Assembly (NCBI GenBank): GCA_963666315.2
Contig: CAXXHG010000043.1
Coordinates: 1-64,000 of the forward strand
DNA: 64,000 nucleotides
DNA from: Candidatus Binatia bacterium
GTDB lineage: Bacteria; Desulfobacterota; Binatia; Bin18
Direction: 5' to 3'
Shown here: piece after piece, positions 10,334 to 18,877 of the stretch
Numbering within the stretch: the first letter of the stretch is position 1
How the letters are laid out: every line of letters begins with the position of its first letter
The notes under the pieces: generated by a model
Database searches by the model: none
The model's input: the letters and a program-made list of their open reading frames with translations, nothing else
What the model was told of the DNA's origin: nothing
Translations under genes and position numbers: made by a program

Positions 10334-11548
10334 TTAAGCCAAAATATCTTTCTCTCGTAACGCTGCTACTTCCTCCTGACTCAAGCCCACAATCTCAGTC
10401 AGGATGGCGTCCGTATCCCGGCCAAGACACGGTGCTGGCCGCTGGATTTTGCATGGCGTACGGGACATTGTCCACGGCACACCCATGTGGCGGCGCTTAC
10501 CGACTTCCGGGTGTTCAAGTTCAACAAAATAATCCCGCGATGCAACATGCGGACTGTTGATCATGTCAATCGCATCCAGTGCGGGATAGGCAGGGATACT
10601 CGCCTGCTGCAGGCTTTCCGTCACCTCATCTGCCGTGCGTTCCTGTGTCCAAGCAGTCACAATCTCTTCAAGCACAACCTCGTTTTCTTTACGCACCGAT
10701 AGCGAGGCAAAGCGTGCATCCGAAGCCAGCTCAGGCTGGTCCATCACTGCGCACAAGCGCTGCCATTCGGCGTCGTCTCGTACAGACAGGCTGACCCAGC
10801 GATCTTCGCCTTTACACCGAAACACCCCGTGTGGAGCCATGTATGGATCACGGTTGCCCCGACGCTCAGGCTGGGTCTTATTCATGCTGTAGTCCATAAC
10901 CGCTTCGGGCAACAGCATAATGGCGGCCTCCCATTGCGAAAGGTCAATATACTGCCCCTGCCCGGTCTTCTCTCGGTGGAGTAAGGCAGCCATAACCGCA
11001 AAAGAGGCATGCACCCCGCCATTGGGGTCGCCGTAAGAGAAACCGGCCATCATCGGCTCTCCGCCGACATAGCCTGTCAGCGAAGACAGGCCGCTTTGAG
11101 CGACCTGGGGCGGGCCGTAGGACACAAAGTCCTTTTCCGGTCCGCTGGTCCCATAACCCGGCAAGGAGACCATGATGATATCGGATTTGACCTGTCGCAA
11201 CTCGTCATACCCGAGGCCGAGCTTTTCCATCACGCCCGAAGCAAAGTTATTCATCACAATATCGCTCTTCTCGATAAGCGTCTTGGCGATAGCAATTGCT
11301 TCCGGTGCTTTGAGATCAAGCGTGATCGAACGTTTGCCCTGATTGTATTGGTTAAAATAGCCAGCCCGGTTCACTCCCGGTTCATTATCTGGCCAGGGTG
11401 GAATGAGACGCGAGGGACACAACCGCTTTGCGCTCTCAATGCGAATCACATCTGCCCCCAGGTGGGCCAGCTGCAGGGCACCATACGGCCCAGCCCAAGC
11501 CCAGCAAAAATCAGCCACACGAATTCCCTCTAATGGTGGTCGGCTCAT
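10334..11548 (-). CDS. Family III (CaiB/BaiF) CoA-transferase, catalytic-Asp subunit
   Basis: PLEGIRVADF, AGPY, NQGKRSITLDL, SYGDP (Asp present), PAPCLG. Confidence 0.92.
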   Translation of the reverse strand: MSRPPLEGIRVADFCWAWAGPYGALQLAHLGADVIRIESAKRLCPSRLIPPWPDNEPGVNRAGYFNQYNQGKRSITLDLKAPEAIAIAKTLIEKSDIVMNNFASGVMEKLGLGYDELRQVKSDIIMVSLPGYGTSGPEKDFVSYGPPQVAQSGLSSLTGYVGGEPMMAGFSYGDPNGGVHASFAVMAALLHREKTGQGQYIDLSQWEAAIMLLPEAVMDYSMNKTQPERRGNRDPYMAPHGVFRCKGEDRWVSLSVRDDAEWQRLCAVMDQPELASDARFASLSVRKENEVVLEEIVTAWTQERTADEVTESLQQASIPAYPALDAIDMINSPHVASRDYFVELEHPEVGKRRHMGVPWTMSRTPCKIQRPAPCLGRDTDAILTEIVGLSQEEVAALREKDILA

Positions 11549-11563
11549 TATGATCTCCTCTTG

Positions 11564-12769
11564 CTATATGGCTCCGGCTTGCTGGAGTGTGGATAGCTCT
11601 TGCTTTGTCATGCCGAGTTCGGCGTACACCTCAGCATTATGTTGGCCAAGGCATGGAGCAGGACGACGGAGTTCCCACGGCGTTTCCGAGCAGATATACG
11701 GTGCGCCGGGATAGGTCAGAGCGCCGGCTTCAGGATGACCCAAGCGAGCGAAGAAGCCTCGGGAGTTCAAGTGTTCTGAGTTGAGCAGAGAGCCCATAGT
11801 TGAAACCGGGGCGAACGGAATGCGCCGTGCCTGAGCCTTGAGATATAGATCTTGCACGGTGTAGTCCTTGACCCAGTCTTGGATGAGCAGTTTGAGCGCG
11901 TCCCAGCTCTCAGCCCGCTTGAGGCGATCCTTGAATATCGGTTCTAGGCCCCACTCCGGATTTCCCATCAGATCAACAAACGACTCCCAGTGGTGTTCTT
12001 CTACGCAGCAGATAAAAATCCAGCCGTCTTTACACTCCATTAAATCAAGCGGTTGGATCGGTTTATTCCCGAGCCGTGAGGCCGCCACACCAGCATAAGA
12101 GGCCATTATGGTGCCAAACTCGGAAATGCCCATCAGGCATTCCTGGACCGAGAATTCAATATGTTGGCCCGCCCCATCTCGCAGTGTGGCAAACAGCGCC
12201 CCAAGCGAAGCCACCGCCGCATGCACCCCAGCGGTAAAACCGGCCTGCTGTCCAAAAGGTTTCAGCGGCGGCAGATGATCGGTCCCCGGCCCAGCGCCGT
12301 TTAGAAAGCATAGGCCACCGGCATTCCACAGGGTCAGGTCTGAGGCCTGATAGTTCGTATGCGGCCCGTTCAAGCCAAAGGGCGCGATTGAGGTCATAAC
12401 TAAACCCGGATTGATCTGCGCAAGCTGGTCATAGACCAAGCCGGCAGCGGATATCTGTGTCGGATGGACATTGTGGATGAGCAGGTCTACGTTTTTCACT
12501 AAGCGCTGGAAGACGTCCTGACCTTTGGTGTTTTCAAGGTCGAGCGTGATACCGCGTTTATTGGTGTTGAGGAAAAGAAACAGCCCACTCTTTTCGGGGT
12601 GCGGTCTTCCGCCAGGAAACGGGCCACGTTGGCGGGCCGGGTCCCCACCGTCCGGCGGTTCAATCTTAATGACCTCAGCTCCCATGTCGGCCATCAGCTT
12701 CGTGGCATACGAAGCCGCGACCATATCTCCACACTCAAGAATCCGAAAGCCTGATAAGGCGCTAGGCAT
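11564..12769 (-). CDS. Family III CoA-transferase, subunit apparently lacking the catalytic Asp
   Basis: ALSGFRILE, NTNKRGITLDL, PAPCLGQH; QQAGFTAG at the position of the catalytic Asp. Confidence 0.9.
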   Translation of the reverse strand: MPSALSGFRILECGDMVAASYATKLMADMGAEVIKIEPPDGGDPARQRGPFPGGRPHPEKSGLFLFLNTNKRGITLDLENTKGQDVFQRLVKNVDLLIHNVHPTQISAAGLVYDQLAQINPGLVMTSIAPFGLNGPHTNYQASDLTLWNAGGLCFLNGAGPGTDHLPPLKPFGQQAGFTAGVHAAVASLGALFATLRDGAGQHIEFSVQECLMGISEFGTIMASYAGVAASRLGNKPIQPLDLMECKDGWIFICCVEEHHWESFVDLMGNPEWGLEPIFKDRLKRAESWDALKLLIQDWVKDYTVQDLYLKAQARRIPFAPVSTMGSLLNSEHLNSRGFFARLGHPEAGALTYPGAPYICSETPWELRRPAPCLGQHNAEVYAELGMTKQELSTLQQAGAI

Positions 12770-12888
12770 AGCCCCTCCCTTTTCGTACTGCTGGACATAT
12801 CCGGCGTAGTGAAACCGAACTCTAGTGGGCCGTTTGTGTCACGTCAAGCTTGACTCCTGTCGCAGCACTCAGTACTCGTAGCTCGGCT

Positions 12889-13164
12889 ATGGACCTCATT
12901 GAGATTTACCTCCGTGTCGAGCGCGAAGATATTGCGCTCATCAAGTTCATTATTGAATCCTACGAAGAGTTCGGCATCGTGCGAACGATAGACCGCAAAA
13001 AGGCCATTATCGTGATTCTGGTCGTCCCGGATTATATTGATCACGCCTGGGCAGCGCTCGAATCTCTGCGCGAACACATAGACTGGCACGAAGTTCCCCG
13101 CCCAACCGAGCATGACGATTGGCTAATGGAAAAGATGCATCCTGAGGACAAAAACGAGTTCTAG
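12889..13164 (+). CDS. DUF4911-like small protein
   Basis: YLRVEREDIALIKFIIESYEEFGIVRTID pattern typical of this family. Confidence 0.75.
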   Translation: MDLIEIYLRVEREDIALIKFIIESYEEFGIVRTIDRKKAIIVILVVPDYIDHAWAALESLREHIDWHEVPRPTEHDDWLMEKMHPEDKNEF

Positions 13165-13176
13165 GACCAGTGTCAG

Positions 13177-13203
13177 ACTCCACCAACTCCACCAACTCAA
13201 TCA
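13177..13203 (+). repeat. 9-bp tandem repeat (ACTCCACCA x2 plus degenerate ACTCAATCA)
   Basis: Directly visible in the intergenic region before the Cas4-like pair. Confidence 0.6.
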
Positions 13204-13221
13204 TCCCATACCGTCTACATT

Positions 13222-13476
13222 ATGGCCAAACGCACCGACTGGGTGACCGCGACCGAGATTGCGACCTATGTCTATTGTCAGAAGTCGTGGCGGCTGACCC
13301 ATGGGCTGAAAATACCTCCAGGCAATATGCGCGCACTCAAGCACGGCACGGCCAAACATGCGGCGTGGCAAAAGGTTGAACTATTTACCTCGTGGCTTAC
13401 AAGAGCCGCGTGGGTGTTGGCTAGTGTCACGATAGCATTGCTCCTCCTGCGCTTCTTCTTATTGGGATGGTTGTGA
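13222..13476 (+). CDS. Cas4-like N-terminal segment (first Fe-S Cys) with C-terminal TM helix
   Basis: VTATEIATYVYCQKSW...HGTAKH matches the Cas4/PD-(D/E)XK N-terminal motif; followed by hydrophobic AAWVLASVTIALLLLRFFLLGWL. Confidence 0.7.
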   Translation: MAKRTDWVTATEIATYVYCQKSWRLTHGLKIPPGNMRALKHGTAKHAAWQKVELFTSWLTRAAWVLASVTIALLLLRFFLLGWL

Positions 13477-13931
13477 TGGATATCCTTAGTCTGTCCGTCT
13501 TGGTCTTGGTCTTTGCTCTCATATGGCGACGCAAGGCGGGCTTTGGGTACGGAAAGACCATCAGTCACGATAACGTCCGCCTGTCCTCAGAACGGTATAT
13601 GCTTCGCGGCAAACCGGATCGCATCGTGCAACGTGGCAGATATTTTATCCCGGAAGAGAAAAAGTCAGGCCTGAGACCGACTGAGAGTTATCAAGCCCAA
13701 CTCGGCCTATATCTCATTTTGATCGAAGAGGAGTATGGGGTGCGCCCGCCGTATGGATTCCTCGTCCTCGGGGACGGCAGACACGTAAAGGTGAAAAACA
13801 CGCGCAGGCTGCGGTCCCTGGTCATCGTTAGTGCGGAGCGCATACGAGAACATCGCTACTGGCTCGACGAACCCCTCCCTCCTCCCTCTACTCCAGCGAA
13901 ATGCCGAAACTGCGAGCAGCGCTCGGTATGA
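13476..13931 (+). CDS. Cas4-like PD-(D/E)XK nuclease core with N-terminal TM helix; TGA at expected last Cys
   Basis: LRGKPD, PEEKK, QAQLGLY (QhxxY), C-terminal CRNCEQRSV*; TGATG overlap with upstream gene. Confidence 0.8.
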   Translation: MDILSLSVLVLVFALIWRRKAGFGYGKTISHDNVRLSSERYMLRGKPDRIVQRGRYFIPEEKKSGLRPTESYQAQLGLYLILIEEEYGVRPPYGFLVLGDGRHVKVKNTRRLRSLVIVSAERIREHRYWLDEPLPPPSTPAKCRNCEQRSV

Positions 13932-14000
13932 CCTTGTCACGTATTGAGCGGGATAGGCCCAACAAGAGGACGACCACACAGGGCTATCCCTCCTCCACAC

Positions 14001-15212
14001 TTACACTGCCTCTTTCTCCCGAAACCGGGCAATATCCTCCCACGAGTAACCCGCTTCCAGCAAAACCTCTTCACTATGCTGGCCCAATTCAGGCGGCGGG
14101 TTTGAGGTATCGAGCGGAGTATCACTAAGAGTGATAGGAGTGCCGACTACCCGAACTTTTCCAATCTGAGGATGGTCCATTTCCGTGATATAGCCGTTCG
14201 CTAGGGCTTGCTCGCTGTTGAGAATATCTTGATAATCCTGAACCGGCGTAGCCAGAACGTCGACACCAGTCAAAATTTCCATCCACTCAGCCGTGGTCTT
14301 GGTCGGAAAGACTTCATCCAGGAGTTGCTCGATTTTGACGCCACGGAAGTTACGGATCACATTGTCACTATACTCGGGCTCAGACACAACATGTTCAATG
14401 CCCAGCACCCAACAGAAGTCCGGCCAACGTTTGTCATCAACACCGGCCAAACAGATCCAGCCATCTTGGGTTTGAAAAGACCCCCAGACGCCCTGCAGAA
14501 ATTGATGTCCACGTCCGGCCTTGCGCGTCTCGACCCCACTCACTGAGGTAAAGTTGATTTCCATCGGCTGCATTGCGATAACCGTACCGTAGATACACGC
14601 ATCAACCTTTTGGCCCTTGCCGGTCTTCTCGCGGGCATACAGCGCGGCCAGAATTCCGCTCATGAGCATAAAGGCTCCAGAATGATCGGCAACCAGACTG
14701 CCACACGGTAGCGGCCGATCATCCGGCATACCATTTTTGGCCATAATGCCGCCTGCCGCTTGGGCTAACGTGTCACGACTCGGCCGTGTCACCCACGGTC
14801 CCAGCGGCCCCCACGATGATCCTGCCGCATAAATAAGACGTGGGTTCTGTTTCGATAGTTTTTCATAGCTAAAGCCGCGCCGATCCAGCACGCCAGGTCG
14901 GTAATTACTCAGCAACACATCGGCTGAATCGAGCAGGCGAGATAAAATTTCTTTCGCCTCAGGTCTCTTCAAATCAAGCGTCAGGCTACGTTTGCCGCGG
15001 TTCATAGCCAGGAAGTAGTGGCTGAAATCCGCGTTTTTCGCGTCCTCCCCCGCGATGAGCTTGACTACCAGAAAGCGGCTCAAATCTCCAACATCACGCA
15101 TTTCAACTTTGATGACATCCGCGCCCATATCAGCCAGGAACAGTCCAGCGTATGGCCCTTGGATCTCCTGAGCAATTTCGATAACTTTTACTCCGTCGAG
15201 TGGTCCCGGCAT
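14001..15212 (-). CDS. Family III CoA-transferase
   Basis: GPLDGVKVIE, NRGKRSLTLDL, LVADH (Asp), PPELGQHS. Confidence 0.92.
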   Translation of the reverse strand: MPGPLDGVKVIEIAQEIQGPYAGLFLADMGADVIKVEMRDVGDLSRFLVVKLIAGEDAKNADFSHYFLAMNRGKRSLTLDLKRPEAKEILSRLLDSADVLLSNYRPGVLDRRGFSYEKLSKQNPRLIYAAGSSWGPLGPWVTRPSRDTLAQAAGGIMAKNGMPDDRPLPCGSLVADHSGAFMLMSGILAALYAREKTGKGQKVDACIYGTVIAMQPMEINFTSVSGVETRKAGRGHQFLQGVWGSFQTQDGWICLAGVDDKRWPDFCWVLGIEHVVSEPEYSDNVIRNFRGVKIEQLLDEVFPTKTTAEWMEILTGVDVLATPVQDYQDILNSEQALANGYITEMDHPQIGKVRVVGTPITLSDTPLDTSNPPPELGQHSEEVLLEAGYSWEDIARFREKEAV

Positions 15213-15341
15213 GCATACCCTCCTGATGATGACTTGAGCCCGCTTGTACGACAGACAGTAAGAGGGATCAAGCTGCCTCTACAAGCGCCTATCAGGCTCG
15301 GCTATAACGGCGACACGAAATACACAGCGGGAGGGTCGATC

Positions 15342-16236
15342 ATGCCCGGACGCGAAGCTATACCCAAAGTAACAAACTGGGGTCGCTGGGGTGATTGTCA
15401 CGGCTGCCAAGCTGGTTAGAAGAGGCGCAGTCTTTTGCTGTTGCATTCCTATTGATAAAGACGGACCGGTCTTTCCCACCCGGACACCGCCGCAACGTTT
15501 TATGTCGATCTTGAACGTTCCAGTCAAAGAAGTCGGGCTGGCGGGTTCGGCCATTGCCAATGACGACTACATCAGCATGTATTTACAAGGCTCGACCCAG
15601 TGGGACAGCCTGGCACACGTGGGGTACGACGGGAAGCATCACAACGACGTACCGACCAGCGCTATCACTGCCCACGGCGGAGCGTCAAAGAACGATATCG
15701 GCAAATTATACCAGTCGTTTGTGACCAGAGGGGTATTGCTCGATATGGTCCGTTATAAAGGCTGTGAAAGCGATGGGCATTTGCCGTCGGATTATCCCAT
15801 CACAGTGGAAGACCTCGAAGGCTGCTGTCAGGCCCAGAACGTTGAGGTCAGAAACGGTGATGCGCTCTGCATCCCCACCGGCTGGGTGCCACATTGGTAT
15901 ACACTCGAGACAGCGGACCAAAAGGACGAATATTTTCACGCGCAACCTGGGGTCTCGGTGCCCACGGCAGAACGGATTTGGAAGAAGGAAATTTCCTGTA
16001 TTGCTGTTGATAATATTGCGGTGGAACGCTTGCCCTCCGAGATTGATGACGAGTTTATTCCCTTTCATCAAGCCGCCATCCGCGACATCGGGCTTTCACT
16101 TGGTGAGATCTTCACCTTTGAGGCCTTGGCCAAGGATTGCGCTGACGATGGCGTGTATGAATTCTTGTGGGTCGCCCCACCGCTGAATATCCCGAATGCA
16201 GTCGGGAGTCCGCTGAATCCGCTGGCAGTGAAGTAA
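15342..16236 (+). pseudogene. Cyclase (kynurenine formamidase-like) family gene with 5' deletion/frameshift
   Basis: GGAGG SD plus MPGREAIPKVTNWGRWGD in one frame jumps to IVTAAKLVRRG in another. The usual DxxGTLNxITPE segment is missing. QGSTQWDSLAH and GSPLNPLAVK are retained. Confidence 0.72.
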
Positions 16237-16244
16237 CGCAGGCT

Positions 16245-16302
16245 GTAGGGGCGATCCTGTGATCGCCCAAAAAAAAGGGCAGCCACATGCGGCTGCCCCT
16301 AT
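16245..16302. repeat. GTAG-type REP-like palindrome doublet
   Basis: GTAGGGGCGATCCTGTGATCGCCC, then an A8 spacer, then GGGCAGCCACATGCGGCTGCCCCTAT: two hairpins in inverted arrangement between convergent genes. Confidence 0.65.
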
Positions 16303-17087
16303 AAAATATTCGGATTCGGCGCAGGCGATTGCGCCATGTACCCAGCCATGGACCGCAGTCGAGAGACGCGTTCTTCCAGCGGCGGATAGGTCGTAAACAG
16401 CCCAGCCATTGAGCGCCCGGATAGCGGATTGACGATAAAAAAGTGCGCCGTCTATGGTGACGCGCCCATGGGAATTTGTTCCGAAGCCAAGCCCAGCTTT
16501 TCCAAAGCTGACGCCAGGCCGGCAGGATCGCCGCTCATCTGAGCTCCGGCTTTGTCTGCTGCATATTCGCGAGTTCGAGAAATGGCCATCTGGATAATGG
16601 TTGCCGCCCACTGGGCCATATTCGCCACCATCATGATTACCCCAGCCAAGGTCGCAGCAATCGAGCTGATGAGGATGTCGCGATTTTTGGCATGGGCCAG
16701 TTCGTGGGCCAATACACCGGTTAGCTCGCGTTCGTTCATGAGTCGCAGAATACCTTCGGTCACTGCGACTGCCGCATTCTCGGGATTACGGCCTGTGGCA
16801 AATGCGTTTGCCCCTTGGGACGGAATAATATAGAGCTTCGGCTTAGGCAGCCCGGCCCGGACGGTGAGCGCATGGACAATACGATATAATTGCGAAGCGT
16901 CAGCCTCACTGACTTGCTGGCCACCGTACATCTTGAGGACTATCTTGTCCGAGAACCAGTAACTGCCAAAATTCATGACAACGGCAAAGATAAAGGCGAT
17001 GGTGAGCCCTTGAGAGCCGCCAAAATACTGCGCGATCCCCATGATCGGGCCAGTCATTGCACCGACCAAAAGCGTGGTTCGTAACAT
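16299..17087 (-). pseudogene. htpX: Zinc metalloprotease HtpX, degraded
   Basis: NAFATGRNP and HELAH motifs present. In-frame deletion at [11 protein letters not shown] at 16452-16454 is followed in frame by [10 protein letters not shown]...[12 protein letters not shown], where conserved THPP reads TYPP. Confidence 0.88.
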
Positions 17088-17235
17088 AGCCGTTGTACCT
17101 CCTACAAGCTCAGTTCAAGATGAGGCGAGTACTCGCATTCCGTCTCATCGGCTATGTAGTAACGGTACGTCCGGCCCTGAGTGATGTCGATCCAGAGGGG
17201 CGAGAAACGTCCCAGAGGCTGAAGAAGGTCAACGA

Positions 17236-18156
17236 TTACCCAAGAAATCGACTAATCAGCATCCCAATAATAAGCAAAACGCCATACTCAAGATGAAGCT
17301 TGGCGCTTTGTTCCACGATGTCTTGTAGCTCGTCTGTTTGGAATACAATCCACACTAGTGGAATGGCAAGCCGGATGGAGAGCAGGGTCAACAGGACCGG
17401 CCATGGCGCATAGCCTAGCAGGACGAGAAGACCGGTCAGGACAAACGCTCCGTAGATTAAGACGCCGAGTTCCCAATTGGCCGCGCGTCGGCTGATAACC
17501 GTCGCCAGCGTATTTTTGCCATGCTCCTTATCCGCCTCAATGTCCCGAATATTATTTGCCTGGAGAATAGCGGCAACCATGCAGCCAACAGGGAGTGAGA
17601 TCAGTAGCGGGGCAAGGCTAAAGACTTCGCGCTGGACATAATAGGCGCCAATGATGATCACCGGTCCCATGAATACAAAGACCGTCGCCTCGCCAAGGGA
17701 GATATAGGCCAGAGACAGCGGATTGGCCGTGTAGAAGTAGCCTGCCAACACGCTGGCGATGCCCAGGGCGAGAATAGGCCAGCCACACAGACCGACCAGG
17801 ACCAGACCGAACACACTGCCAATGCCAAAGGTGACAATCCCACCCCAGTATACTTCGTCAGCAGTCAGCAGCCCGCGTTGGATGACTTGACTCCCACTCT
17901 TAGACTCAATCGTATCCACCCCACTTTTGTGGTCGTAATAATCGTTGACCAGATTGGTCCCAATATGGATAAAGAGCGAACCAAAGAGTGCCAGAGAAAA
18001 ACGCCCCCAGGAAAAGAGACCATCCATTGCCCCTAGGACCGATCCGATCAACACCGGCGTGACCGAGGCGGTGAATGAATAAGGCCGGGTAGCTTCGATC
18101 CAAATTTTGAGACGGCTTGGCTCCGGGCCCGCGGTCAATGTATTTTCCACGGCCAT
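17236..18156 (-). CDS. menA: 1,4-dihydroxy-2-naphthoate prenyltransferase (UbiA family)
   Basis: ATRPYSFTAS, NLVNDYYDHKSGVD, NNIRDIEADKEHGKNTLA; AGAGGAG SD before ATG 18156. Confidence 0.88.
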   Translation of the reverse strand: MAVENTLTAGPEPSRLKIWIEATRPYSFTASVTPVLIGSVLGAMDGLFSWGRFSLALFGSLFIHIGTNLVNDYYDHKSGVDTIESKSGSQVIQRGLLTADEVYWGGIVTFGIGSVFGLVLVGLCGWPILALGIASVLAGYFYTANPLSLAYISLGEATVFVFMGPVIIIGAYYVQREVFSLAPLLISLPVGCMVAAILQANNIRDIEADKEHGKNTLATVISRRAANWELGVLIYGAFVLTGLLVLLGYAPWPVLLTLLSIRLAIPLVWIVFQTDELQDIVEQSAKLHLEYGVLLIIGMLISRFLG

Positions 18157-18317
18157 AATGGTGCTCCTCTCGTGCCAATTATGGACCGGCTGGGGGGAAA
18201 CCGTAAAGGGGGTAAAAAGCTCTGTTTTCATAGTCTCTCTTGGCCTCTCTTGCCTTGTGCCGGCCGAACACGCTAAACCCTCCCCGAGCGGGAAGGCGTG
18301 GGGAGGGAGGCAAATGA

Positions 18318-18773
18318 ATGCCACAGGCAACTAAACCAATCGGCCGTCTGGATCATGTCGGCATCGCTGTGCGCAGCATTGCTCTGGCCCGGACATTCTT
18401 CGAGGGCATACTGGGTGCGACGTTCCAGTTTGAGAGAGTCGAGCGCGGCGGCACCTTCCGCTTGGCGGTTTTTGACTTGCAGGGTTTTACCATCGAACTC
18501 TTAGAACCCATCGCTACGGATGGATTTTTGGCCAAGTTCTTGGACAAGCGGGGCGAAGGCGTGCATCATATCACCCTGCAAACTCCAGATCTCAAAGAAA
18601 AAGTGGCCTTCCTTGAAGACAAAGGCATCCGCGTTGTTGACAAACATCTCGACGATTCGGATTTCCGGGATGCATTCATCTCTCCCAAAAGCGCCTGTGG
18701 CGTCCTCTTTCAGCTGGGCGAAACAAGACCGCCGCTCGACACTGACCCGTATTGGGAACAGGGCGAAGAATAA
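18318..18773 (+). CDS. VOC-family protein, methylmalonyl-CoA epimerase-like
   Basis: LDHVGIAV, IELLEP, KFLDKRGEGVHHI, FISPKSACGVLFQL. Confidence 0.8.
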   Translation: MPQATKPIGRLDHVGIAVRSIALARTFFEGILGATFQFERVERGGTFRLAVFDLQGFTIELLEPIATDGFLAKFLDKRGEGVHHITLQTPDLKEKVAFLEDKGIRVVDKHLDDSDFRDAFISPKSACGVLFQLGETRPPLDTDPYWEQGEE

Positions 18774-18877
18774 CACATGAGAGATTTCTCATCTTGCTCT
18801 CACTGTCTTCTCATATTTGCACGATAGATTGATGAAGAACACGAGTGAAGCCCGAACAGATCTCCACGCACACAACA

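Noticed and set aside
13165-14000. CRISPR-Cas locus around the Cas4-like genes
   Set aside because: No repeat-spacer array and no cas1/cas2 or effector genes; the only repeat is a 9-bp tandem unit.
17088-17110. CsrA site or RNA thermometer at the htpX SD (TTGTA-GGAGG-TACAA hairpin)
   Set aside because: The SD is in the loop rather than occluded, the ANGGA consensus is not met, and the gene is a pseudogene.
18160-18315. Cobalamin riboswitch between menA and the VOC gene
   Set aside because: GGGAA and GGGAAGGC fragments are present, but I could not find the GCCACTG and downstream B12-box elements.
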